Below are positions 1-11,677 of a stretch of 64,000 bases of DNA, one piece after another. How positions within the stretch are numbered: the first letter of the stretch is position 1; each line of letters starts with the position of its first letter. Under the pieces are notes generated by a model. It did not search any database. It worked only from the letters and a program-made list of their open reading frames with translations, and was not told the origin of the DNA. The position numbers were made by a program, and so were the translations under genes. Origin of the DNA: Camelus ferus (taxonomy: Eukaryota); assembly GCF_009834535.1 (NCBI RefSeq), contig NC_045696.1, positions 102,550,001-102,614,000 on the forward strand, written 5' to 3'.

Positions 1-302
1 TGCCATTACCACTCCCCCGTCCTGGCAAAACACACACACATAACCACACACAGTTTTCTAAAGACTGGTCTTCAATACTCCCCTCCAAGCAGTTTGCAGA
101 AATAGTTGAGGACCACTGGCTGATGGAAAGAGTGCTAATTTGGACGTCAAAACTGACATTCACTGTACTTTGACCTTGAGCAAGCCACTTAGCCTCTCTG
201 GGTATCAGTTTCCTCTTCCATAAAAGGTGGATCATAATCCTACTTCTGCTTAGTGGTGGCAAGTTTCAAATGATCTAATAAAATATTAGTGAGACTATGT
301 AG

Positions 303-840
303 TGTATTCATTAGGATTGTAGTTGGCTGTGAGTAACAAAAACGGCTTAAACAATTAAGCATTTCTTCTTCCCACACCGCAGGTATTCGGAAGGCTGGTG
401 GTCTGTGGCTGGTGTGGTGGCTTCATGGTGGCCTCAGTATCCCCAGCTTCTGTCTTTCTGCAAGTGGCTTTTACCTTTGTGGCTGCCTCTCAGTCACAAG
501 ACAAAGACCCCACTTCCAGGCTCATGACAGACAGACAGACAGAAAGGAGGCAGGAAGGAAGGAAAAGGAGGCAAGAAAAAGCTCTATTTATATCAGAAAC
601 TAAACTAAAAAGGGAAGGGAGGAAAGAAAGGAGGCAAGAAAAAGCTCTGTTTATATCAGAAACTAAACTAAAAATCCCCAGGAGATTTCTGTTGACAGCT
701 CACTAGCTGCCACGTGATCATCTCTACCTGCAAGGGAGACTGGGAAATATTTTTAGCCAAGCATATTGCCTCCTTGAACAAAATTAAGATTCTGTGAGTA
801 AGAAAGAAGGGGAGAAGGTGGGAAGCCAGCAATATTTGCC
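303..840. mobile_element. Old MLT1-type MaLR LTR containing a 63-bp-period duplication
   Basis: GGCTGTGAGTAACAAAAACGGCTTAAACAA...GCAAGGGAGACTGGGAAAT motifs. Confidence 0.55.
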
Positions 841-1199
841 GTACTTTTCGGTAAAGTAAAAAGCATCATAGACATGTAAGCAGCATTATTATAAACCCTG
901 AACGAAAGCACATCACACAACACAGTAACTGCATGAATTCCGCTCCATGATTTAACCCCCGTCACTTAAATAAGTAAATGTTCTTATTTACATCCAACAA
1001 GCAGGGCAGCCCAATTAACTAATAAGGCACTTCTCTGCCCACATCCTAACATAGCAACGCAGAGTCAACCAGCTCTTGCGTAGCAGGCTCTAAAGCAGGT
1101 TGGCCCCAGTTATTCAAGGTAACAGGAGAGTATAAGAGAGCGTGTAAATGAATATAGAAGATCTTTATTGGTTTAAGGCCACCTGACAGTTATTCCCGT

Positions 1200-1606
1200 A
1201 CTTTTGATAACTGCACCCTGCTGTTGTTGTGGGAAACTACTTCCCCACATTGTGTGCAGGTTGGTGGGACTGCCAGTCAAAGTGCCCTGCTTAGGTGCCA
1301 AGGAAAGACACCTGCCCCAGCCTCAGCCAATGCAACTCTCTCTTCCAGGACTTCGAATTCTGAATGTGTGAAGTGAGACAAAGAGAGAGACAGAGACAGA
1401 GACAGAGACAGAGACAGAGAAGGGGAGTTGGAGAGTGGGAGGGAGGGAAGAAGGAAGGAATGAAAAAAGAAATGAGAAAACCAGTGTCCAGCCTTGCTTT
1501 GTAGCTGTTCTTCAATTCTCTGGGCTCCCAAATCCTTTCCGGTTAATTTCCTGTTTTGTTTAATGTAACTGAGTCAGTTTTTCAACAAAAGAACCTTGAC
1601 TGATGC
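1200..1606 (+). mobile_element. Old ERVL/MaLR LTR with (GAGACA)n
   Basis: 3' end GAGTCAGTTTTTCAACAAAAGAACCTTGACTGAT; microsatellite at 1383-1418. Confidence 0.45.
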
Positions 1607-2294
1607 CTCTGAGAATGACACTTGCAGATCACCCGGAATCTCAGCTGTCTGCTTTGGTTTCAACCTCATCTCCTACTAAAGCTCGACCAGAATCCCAAAG
1701 GGCACTTCTTCTCTGATCCCCAGACACTATAGAGATACCGCGAAATCATGGAGTGGCCAAGACTGGGAGGAACCAAAGAAATAAAAGCCTTAGGGTGAGG
1801 ACGTGTCAGGCAGCCCCCAGTTGGGAAGCAGGAGCTGTGATTTCTAGTTTGCACAATTTCTCTGACTAGAGACTCGGCGTACATCTTTCGGCCTTTCTGC
1901 ACCTCGACTTCCACACTTGTAAATGACAGAGCTGACTCTATCTCATCAGCTTTTAACACACCAGAATTACTTAACTTTGCTAGGTCTCCAGCTGCCCACT
2001 AAGTTCCTACCTGCAAAGCCTTAGAGTCACCAGCAATGTCAACCTCCCGGACAGTCCTACGTTTTTTTCCTTTAAATTTTAAATAAGGTTGCCCAGAAGC
2101 CCCATCTCACAACTGGAGAGAAATTTCCCACCCTGCTCAACACCTCCAGGGACTCCTGGGCTGAGCCAGCGCATCCACAGATCAATTCTATCTCTGAGTT
2201 TCTGCTTCCACTGAATTTGCAGTCGCCTCCCTGCGTTTCACCTCCTGCAGTTTTTTGCCCCGTGCCAGCCTGGGAGGCACAGCTCTGATTCCTT

Positions 2295-2923
2295 TGAGAC
2301 AGGAAAGGGGCAGGGCACAGCCATTCAAGGAATGATACAGCAATTAACATCAAAATGGTGGAAGTTTCAACCCCCAGTAGGCCTTGAGGCTCAAGATGGT
2401 GGGAGATTTGACTTCTAGCAGATCCTGAGCTTCATTATACGCTCATTGTAATTTATTAACGTGGTGAATAACATGCCCACAGGCACCATGATAGTCCCAA
2501 GGCTAGCCACAAAAGGTCAAAGAGTGAGAAATGGCCAACTTCCTGGGAATCCCAGGCTAGTTAGACTGGTCCTTACACTTATTAGCATATGAAGCCACTG
2601 AGCCCATAAAAACTGGCAATAGGGTGCCCCGTGGCCACCGCCCTCTCTCTCTCTCTCCCTTCAGAGACAGACTGCACTCTGTCTATGGAGTGTGTACCTA
2701 CTTTTACTCTAATCTGAGCACCCAGCCCCCACATCTCGTGGCCTTTCTCTTGCCTTTCAATGTATCTCTCTGAATAAATCTACCTTCACTCAACTGTGGC
2801 TCGCTCTTGAATTCTTTCCTGCACGAAGCCAAGAACCCACACTTGGCAGGGCATGTCCCAGGGGCTCAACCGAAGCCTGGGATGTGGCCCTCCTCATGCC
2901 CCACATCCGTTTTTCCTGCATCG
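2295..2923 (+). mobile_element. ERV1-class solo LTR (MER41-like U5)
   Basis: Termini TGAGACAGGAAA...TTTCCTGCATCG form an imperfect inverted repeat; 4-bp TSD CCTT (2291-2294/2924-2927); TATA-like CATAAAAA, AATAAA near 2773, U5 motif TCTTGAATTCTTTCCTGCACGAAGCCAAGAACC. Confidence 0.8.
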
Positions 2924-3629
2924 CCTTCAGCTACAAAGCACTACCCGCTCAAGGCAAAGCACGTAGCAGCCTTTACTAGAAGTTTAGGGTAACAGAAGCT
3001 ACCACACTGCCACTTGGTGGGGCAAACACCTCCATGCTGAACGTGGCTTTTCCCATCACTGGCTTTCCCTTCTCTTCTAGGAGCATCACTGTAGCATCAT
3101 CTCCTTGGCTCCCGCATCCTGTCATATTGCGGGTCTCCTATTATCCCTCCCTCGACCTCTTCCCTTCTCCTTTCAAACTCTCTTTCTCCCAACCCCCAAA
3201 TTGCCTGTTGAGGTTTTACGCAGCATTCTTCTGCCACCAGAATGACCTATTACCTGTTTTGCTAAACAAAGGTCATTCTAAGAGGAATTTTAACCAGCAG
3301 CACTTAAGCCAACAATTACTTCTCTCTACTGAAAAAAAAAAAAAAACATCTCCAATGATACGGATGACACCTGCTCCCAGGCTGAAGGCATAGTGCCTCC
3401 AGCATTTAGGAAGCATTTCTCAGAAAGCATTAGTCTGGGACAAAAACCTTTGCTATTTTGTTGCTATCCCTTCAATGAAAACAGTGTGACCTTTCCTGTA
3501 CCATGCAAAAAGAAAGAGGCTTTGTCATTTACTAAGCCCTGTGACCTTAGGAAAATTACCCGTCTAAACCTGTATCTCCTTTCTGTAAAGTGAGGATATT
3601 TCTTTGCATCACAAGGAAAAGATTGTTTT

Positions 3630-3792
3630 TTACTATTTCATTAATTTTGTGTCTATATGAGATGACAGATGTTCACTAAACTTACTGTGGTCATTATTTC
3701 ATGATGCATGTAAGTCAAATCATTATGTTGTATACCTTAAACTTACACAGTGCTATATGTCAATTATAGCTCAGTAAAATTGGAAGAAAAAA
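3630..3792 (+). mobile_element. L1 3' end inserted in a MIR
   Basis: TTGTATACCTTAAACTTACACAGTGCTATATGTCAATTATAGCTCAGTAAAA; MIR halves on both sides. Confidence 0.7.
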
Positions 3793-3873
3793 TGAGGACA
3801 ATAATAATACTTCTATTAATATCACAATATTGTTATGAGAATCAAATAGAATCATACTAGAAAGTCCTCTGCA

Positions 3874-3971
3874 GGAGGTGGGAGTGTAGCTCAGTGGTAG
3901 AGCATGTGGTCAGCCTGCCAGAGGTCATGGGTTCAATCCCCAGTATCTCTATTTAAATAAATTAAATAAAT
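3874..3971 (+). mobile_element. tRNA-Ala-derived SINE (camelid Vic-1-like)
   Basis: A box TAGCTCAGTGG, B box GGTTCAATCC, A-rich tail; TSD AAAGTCCTCTGCA/AAAGTACTTTGCA. Confidence 0.85.
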
Positions 3972-4594
3972 AAAGTACTTTGCACGAGGACCAGCACATA
4001 ACAAATGCTCTACAAAAGGGTAAAGGACAGTACTGTTAGGACATTTGAAAGTGAAATTAAAATGGGGATAGAAAGTTATAACGAGCACAGCACATCGAGG
4101 AGTCACTTGGGAAATGTAAAAATATAAATGAAGACTTAACCTCAAAAAGTGCACTCAGAACTCACATCCTAAGAGGATACTGGTCTCACCAGCAAGGAGG
4201 GCTGGTTAAATAACAGGGCTAAAAAGTGTAAATGTGAATGCTGTCATTTCAGAAAGAAAATGTGTTTCATTTCTATTTTTCTTTTAAAAAGGAATAGCAC
4301 AATATCCATCTAAAGATACTGAGCACCAATATGAGAACATCAAATATTTTCATTCCTCCCAGGACCTAATTCAGTCCTAGAGAGAATAAGAGCTTGCCAG
4401 AGTAACTGGGACATCTGCAAACAGAAATGTAATATTCAGAACTCCACGTTGTTCCTTGAAAATTTTCCAGTCCCTGTAAAGGTTAAAAGATGATCATACT
4501 GACGGTATCAAAACAATTACACAGGTTCAGCCTGCAGGGCAGTAACACGTTTTCCTAGTGGGCCCTTAAAAACCTGTGTCATTTCTACATTCAC

Positions 4595-4910
4595 CCTAAC
4601 GTTCTTAGCAGCATTTTTTACAGCTGCCAAGATATGGAAGCAACTTAAATGTCCATCAATAGACAAATGGATAAAGAAGAACTGGATAAATAACCAGGTC
4701 CTACTATGTAGCACAGGGAACTGAATTCAGTATCTTGAATAGCCTAGAACGAAATTGAATATGAAAAGGAATATGTGTATGTGTATAACTGAATCACTAT
4801 GCTGTACACCAGAAATTAATACAACATTGTAAATCAACTATACTTCAATTTTAAAAAATTAAATAAAATAAAAAATAAAACCCTGGAAAAAAAATAATGG
4901 AAAAAAGTAG

Positions 4911-4957
<47 letters not shown>

Positions 4958-5340
4958 GGAATACTACTCAGCCATAAAAAGAATGAAATTTTGCCACTTG
5001 CAGCAACATGGATAGACTTGGAGGGCATTATGCTAAGTGAAGTAAGCCAGACAGAGAAAGACAAATACTGCATGATATCACTTATATGTGGAGTCTAAAA
5101 AATACAACAAACTAGTGAATATAACATAAAAGAAGCAGACTCATAGGTACTGAGAACAAACTAGTGGTTACCAGTGGTGGGAGGGTGCAATATAGGGGTC
5201 GGGGAGAGGGAGGCACAAGCTATTGGGTGTAAGACAGGGTGATGGATGTATTGTACAATACAGGAAATATAGCCAATATTTTATAATAACTGTAAATAGA
5301 AAGTAACTTGTAAAATTATATAAAAATTTTTAAATGTGTA
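4595..5340 (+). mobile_element. L1 3' region with a nested younger L1 3' end (4681-4894) and (CA)n
   Basis: GGAATACTACTCAGCCATAAAAAGAATGAAAT etc.; the nested piece is bounded by AATGGATAAAGAAGA/AATGGAAAAAAGTAGA. Confidence 0.85.
4913..4955. repeat. (CA)n microsatellite
   Basis: Directly visible. Others: (CA)n 18163-18200, (TA)n 40202-40233, (TA)n 61907-61943, poly-A 34751-34774. Confidence 0.95.
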
Positions 5341-6534
5341 AATATATACATTCGGTGCATGGCTACAACAACAAAAAAACTATCATTTCTGTTTAATTCA
5401 GTTCTTACCATTCTTTCGGGGGCTTCAATTTATTGTTTCTCTGTTTCAAACATTAATATGGAAAGTCCCCATTTGAGGCCTTCCACAAGCCTTATGTGGC
5501 ATTTCTTTTGCCCATATTAATTTGTCTGGCTATTTCAGCTTCTGCCTACCACACATATGAAACTCAGGCCATGGTGGAACGTCACCTAGTGACTCTAAAG
5601 CCTCTTTGACAGTGTCAGTCCCTCAGTCCCTTCTGCTCAGACTTCTTGGGCGCCTTCTTTTACTCGGCACTCACCTTCTAAGGACCTACTAGCAAAGCAC
5701 TGTTTCAGTGTTGGGGAGACACACACACACAAGCAGGATCCAGTCTCTTCCCTCCTGAAGGACCATGACTAGGAAAGGATGTAGGCTAGAAACCAAGCAT
5801 CCCAGTCTGCAGGGAGACACAGCAACAGATCAACACATCAGGTGGTGAGAGGGACCAGGGGACGAAATCTTGGAGCAAGGCTGATACATAAAAGCTTCAA
5901 AGAGAGTCAGGATCTTCAGTAATGAGCAGGAATTCACAAAGCCGAGAGGACATGGGAGGCAGGAGAGGGGCAGAAAGTGTGGAGAACTTCACCCAGAGGA
6001 GAGCGAGACATACCACACCCATAACACACCACACCCATAAGGAAGTACACGCAGTGGACCAGACTCAGCACAACGAGGAGGCAGAACAGCTGGCTGAGCG
6101 CATCTGACATCCTGACTCCTTGAGTTTATTGTGACTTGACCTTCTGCTTTTCTAGACATAGACTTCCCCTCTGTTACACATGAAGCAAATGGAGAGAGCC
6201 CCACGGTAGCTTCAGAAGGAAGGGAACATCGTCATCAGCAGAACTTGCCAGCATCCCCAGTTGAGGACGAGGAGGTCAAGCTCTCCATCCTCACAGAAGA
6301 CATCTGTCTTCGTGAGAAGGATCCCCTGACAGTACAGGCTGTCCTGGTCCTGAACAGGATTGGTCCCCAAGGGTCTCCAGCCCAACTGATGACTCAGAGA
6401 GCATGTCAATCGCTTGCTGCAGTCACCAAGGATTATCTGTCGTCTGTGCACCACCTCCTTAGAACATCATCAGGCAGAATGCACTTGTCTTACTAGGATG
6501 TCTGAGTTTTAATTAGCATTATGCACAACCCCCT

Positions 6535-6705
6535 GCAGCCACTTTCCAGGAACTGTGCAGTCTGTGGGCCCCACATTCAGAAGGGCCCAGGCTTGGTTTA
6601 ATTCTCTGCTGTTGCGGAATCGAAATGCTTAATAATTTGTTTTTTAACAAGAAGCCCTGCATTTTCAGTTTGCACTGAGCCCCACAAACTCTGCAGCTGG
6701 TCCTG
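6535..6705 (+). mobile_element. MER45A-like hAT MITE
   Basis: CAGAAGGGCCCAGGCTTGGTTTAATTCTCTGCTG...CATTTTCAGTTTGCACTGAGCCCCACAAA...GGTCCTG; a reverse-oriented copy lies at 43163-43440. Confidence 0.6.
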
Positions 6706-9368
6706 TCTAGAGGACTAACTGCTTCAAGGTGAATTGCTATCAAGCCCTGGCTATACACTCAGGACGGGAGCCATTACTGAATGGTTCTGAGTATAGCCTT
6801 TGGTTACGGTGATCATTTTCACGTCGTTTACTTGGCAGGATGATTGTCAAAAACCTGAAAGTTCAGACATTCCCAAAACTCTTTTGACATCTGATTACAA
6901 GTAACTGATTGGGCCACAAGCTAAGCTTTGGCCCCGGCCAGCCCCTGTCATCCTGCCAGGTAGGCAGGCAGGCTCTTGTTCCTTCAAGCCTCCTTCAAGT
7001 TTATAAACAATACCACCCCCCAAACTCTGGTTCATAAAGTTTCCCATTTTATAAACTTAACGTGTTATTCAGAATTTAACGATTTCCTTAGCATAATTTG
7101 GTTAAGGGTATGCAGAATTGCATCAGATGTAATAAAAGTCAAGCCCTGTCATTTCAATTATTAAACACTTGTACCAGATCCTGTACCCAAGCAGCTCAGT
7201 GGCTCGTACTTGAACTGCGAAAGTTGCAGCTGGGCAGCCAGAAAGAAGGGAAGGTACAGAAACCAATGGTGTGCTTAGCCGTGACAGGTCAGAAAGGGCC
7301 CTCCTCAAGGAGAGTGAGGACTTCTTTTGAGGAGTCCATAAACTGTGCATTGACCTCGGGACATCCCATTACACACCTGAAGCCATTCCTCCGATTGCAA
7401 CTGTCATTTTCTACCTGCCCACACTGGATCCTTACTGTCACCAGTTCTGACAGAATAATCATTCATGTGCTCTCAGAGGCCTGAGATCAAAAAGTGTCCC
7501 TCCCAACAGACTGTTAGCTGGCACAAAAAATAAATAAATAAAAAATCTCTCTTCTAGACATCAAGACAGTGCAGAAACTCACTTATGGGGAGGGGTGGGG
7601 GAGCTGTGCATAGAGAAGGAAGAAGAGTGGGGAGGGAGGTAAAGTGACACGTCATCCTTATTCACAACTACAGATAAGGCACACCTTTTTACTTCCCTCT
7701 TGGTTTTTCTGAAATCTTTATTTCATTGCTCAGACCAAGGTAATATTAATTTAATGGCCTCGCTCAGATTGATATTAATTTCAGATGGACAGCGTAATCC
7801 AGCCACAACTATCCTGTGTGCAACAGAAATCTGGACACAACTGGCCAGGACCAGGCAAGAGACGCAGGGGAACAGGCAGTCCTTGTCTCGCTCAGCGTCC
7901 ACAGCAGGACTCACTTCCTGCGAGGGGCCAGTCTATGCCTGGGTGAAATCCACCGCACAGTCCTCCCAACCTCACAGGCACAGCGCTTCAGACAATAAAT
8001 AAATATCACAGGCTTCTGTAATCATGAACGTCACAGTTCTCCCTTTAGCACCAGGGCAGCATTCAGTCTGCAGGTATGTTCTGATCCCTGACCTTTCTCT
8101 TGTTTGTGCAACGGGAAAAATAAATAATAAAACTTGAATTCCTCATCTGGAAACTTTTATCTCCCCACATTCAGAAATGCTAACTCATCAGTGGGCCTAG
8201 ACATAGACCCCTTGGAAACCTTGAAGATCTTCCTCTCACCCACTCTCTTCAGCAAACTTAATGAACAGCCTGGAACTTTCTCCCAACAGGTAACCTGTTC
8301 TCCCACTCTTTCCCTTCCGACCACTTTCAGGTTGGATAGTTACCTGTTTCATTCACTTAATGAATATTTATCAAGTACTCAGGGCGTGGTAGACACTGAA
8401 GGGTATAGGATTTGCCCCGGTCCCCACCCGCCAGGTACCCACGGGTCAGCCTGAATGAGGCCTTTGAGTACCTCGGAGCTCCCTGAAACTCAAGCCCCCA
8501 GCCCGGGCCGCTGCCTTGCTTCAAACTCGTATTTGTTGGCTAAATGCACTGGCTAGACTTCATTTTATAAATAGAGCTTTCTAATTAACACAGGCATTCC
8601 AAAGTCAAAGGGGTAAGTCAGGCATGCTATCAGTGGAGCAGAATCAGAAAATAAAAATCACTCTGATAACCCGCCCTGAAGAATATTTCCTCCTGCCAGT
8701 GGACATATTGCCCAGTCGGGAACCACGAAAGGATCTCTTTCACATTTGCTGTCTCAGAAATTGTCACAGGCGCTGTAGCAATTTGGTGTGGCCCCGGTCT
8801 GCCTGTACCAGGGCTGACAGAAGCTTATTAACGCCAAAAACTGCTTCTTTCCTTCTCAAACCCGAGAAGCTGAATGTCATTGATATGACTATCTTGGCCG
8901 TTAGTGGGAACTACACCTGTCTCCCTTTCCTAGAATGCAGCTTGGTACAAATCTCCGGAGCAACAATTCACCCTGTCAAATTACAGAGCCCGGGAGTGGT
9001 GGGGGGAGAGAAGGCAGCTGCTTCAAAACAAGGGAATTACAGGCGGAAACCCCGTACAGACACAGCAAGGGGAGAACTGTTGATGTTTTGCTTAAAATTT
9101 CATCTGAGCAGAGACCACGAACATGCTGCCGGCTGCAAAGCCTCTACGTGGCATCTCACGTTTTTTTAATATACAAGAGCCAAAAAGATTTAACATACAA
9201 GAGCTAAATTCCACTGTCACGCAAAGTCCTTGGATATACTGAGAGAAAAATGAATTAATTCAACTGCTTAAAAATCCGTCACTCCAAAAAACTCAGCACG
9301 AATTTTACTGTGATTAAGTGAAAAGAGTTGATTCTAATGCCACATGAAATTTGTTTTTAAATGGTTCT

Positions 9369-11677
9369 TTTATTCAGAGTGGTTGCTTTTTAATGATGCT
9401 GTCTTCATTTCCTGCTAAACCTGTTTCATCTATAGTCATTGAACATTAATATTTATTTTGTTCATTTAATGTTGAAGTATTCTTAAATTAAAGCTATTAC
9501 AGATATTCCACTGCTGCTGAAGATGATTCAGTATAGACACTACCATGAAAATATCATAGAAACCATGATCAATCTGGTTACTAAGCTGTAATCTGGCTTA
9601 ATAAACACACTATAAACTATTTTAGTAAATCAAGAAATAACCATTCTAGAATGTGCTATAAAATCCACTGCTAAATACATCCTTTTTTTAACCTCTGTGC
9701 TTCTTTATCTCAGAAATTGAGTGTAGTTAATTGCACACCATAATGAAAATTATACTTAAGATTCATCTTGTGTTAAAATATTTCCCATGTACATATTATT
9801 TTTCATCGTATTTTCCTTGAAATAAAATCTTCAGCATTTAACCGATAGATTGGTTTGCACAGATCTCACAATCAATTATTGTAAAATAAAGTCAGAATGA
9901 GCTTGAACTTGTACCGTATTTAATGTAATATATAACTATACTCTCTTGTTCCTATTTAGGCTTCATAACTGCTTATCACAATACAACATTCTGCAGAATG
10001 CTTCAGTACAAATGGGCTCAGGACAGCAGCAACACCAGTACCACTGCAGGAAAATTGCAATGGTTTTTCCCCTGGAAATTAACAAATCTCAAAAATCCAA
10101 CATACTAATTCATAATTCATTTTTGTTTCCTCTTTCCTGTAACTTATTTTTCCTATCTAAAAGGAGCTCTTGGTTGAAGCCTTATACTGTCAGCAACATG
10201 TTGTAACTTCTTTGCAATTTTACTTTTAGGAAACATTATAAGGAAAGGCAATGGGCCCCCCGGACATTCCAGGTAAACCAGTATGAATTCACATTCTCTG
10301 AAAAAGAATATGAAAACAAATATATGTATACATGTGCATGGCTGGGATATTATGCTGTATACCAGAAATTGACACACTGTAACTGACTATACTTCAATAA
10401 AAAATAAATAAATAAATAAAAATTCACATTTCTCTTTTGCACTAATTTGGTTGGGAAGCCAAGAAAAGGGGAAAAGCTTGTAGGTGCCCTTACAGTTCTC
10501 AGATAAAACTTCCCTTTTCATATGCCTCCATGGACTGTGCCAGAAGCTGAAACACACTCCAAACACATACACTTTCTGTCACTTTTCTAATCAAAGAAGT
10601 TGCTACTGTTGCCAACACAATGTTCACACTAATTTTTGAGGTTTGTGTTCTCATCATCGTAAGTTTCTTAAATCACATACTTTTAAAAAAAAAAATCCTT
10701 TTTCTGAACTAAACACAAGACCAAAACATCAGTCTCTGCTTCAAGGTTTCCCCGTCTCAATAGTAATCAAAACCGAGTGCCTTCAAATCCTAAGAGGTTG
10801 CTTCTTCCTTTCTGTGCTCCAAGTGGAAGAGGAAAGTAGCCCTGTGCTTTTTCCTCCGCTGCCCTGCTTGGTTTTTGCCTTTAGAATTTGAAGATTTGTT
10901 CCCATTCCTGGGCACCTGACAGGCTGTGATTTACATGTGAGAAAACAACTCCAAGGTTCTTATCAAGGAATCAGAAGCTGTTCCCACCCATCGTGGCTGT
11001 TTTCTAGGAAACAAACGGGCAGAAGGGGTGGCGGGAGGGGAAGCAGATTCTGTCTGAAGCTGCACAGGACAAGTAACACAGGTAAATCCAAAGTAACGGA
11101 GGCAAATATAAAAAAAAGGAATATTATTTATTACCTTCTTTATTAATACTCACATATAACCTTTGTTTTTTACACAAGTCTACTTTAGAAGAATGCCTCC
11201 TTGGTTTAGTTTGCCCAATGGGGCATTTTGCTCCTGGACCACTTCCCCTTTCTCCACCCCAACCTCCACATCCAAATGACTCTTTTACATGTTCACAGAT
11301 AAAGGAACATTTTGTAAACAAGATCGGGGTTACTGGATCTTGATTTAATCAACATCCCACTTTAAAATGGAAGGTAGAGGAGAGGGTAAGAAACGGGAGC
11401 AAAGGGAAAGGAGAAAAGGTAGTGCAGAGAAGAGGAGGGGAGGCTGGTCTGAACTTTCAAGTCTTGCCTTTTCTGAGATGTGTGTGTACTGTGGCTGTTC
11501 CTTGAAACTCAATGACTCAAAACATTGACAGCAAGTGCCTGTGTGGTTATTTATATTACGTATCTATAACAGAATATGTGGGCTTCCTCAGTTTGGATCT
11601 GGGCTGTTTTTGTTGAAACACACCACAATCCTCCTGAGGGTGTCTCCACAGGGAGTCAGGTCTCCCTGGAACCCTTC
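9369..11677 (-). other. CHST2: CHST2 3'UTR with candidate alternative poly(A) signals
   Basis: Minus-strand AATAAA pair at 11139-11144 and 11127-11132 followed by a U-rich tract; ATTAAA at 9919-9924; AATAAA at 9369-9374. AT-rich sequence. Confidence 0.6.
10299..10420 (+). mobile_element. 5'-truncated L1 stub in the CHST2 3'UTR
   Basis: L1 3' terminus ATGCTGTATACCAGAAATTGACACACTGTAACTGACTATACTTCAATAAAA with an (AAAT)n tail; TSD AATTCACATTCTC (10286-10298)/AATTCACATTTCTC (10421-10434). Confidence 0.85.

Noticed and set aside
6245..6330. Peptide EDEEVKLSILTEDICL resembling L1 RT (EEVKLSLFADDM)
   Set aside because: Too short, and the flanks are not L1-like; at most an ancient fragment or a chance match.
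8624..9169. 181-aa plus-strand ORF
   Set aside because: No recognisable domain, splice structure or codon bias.
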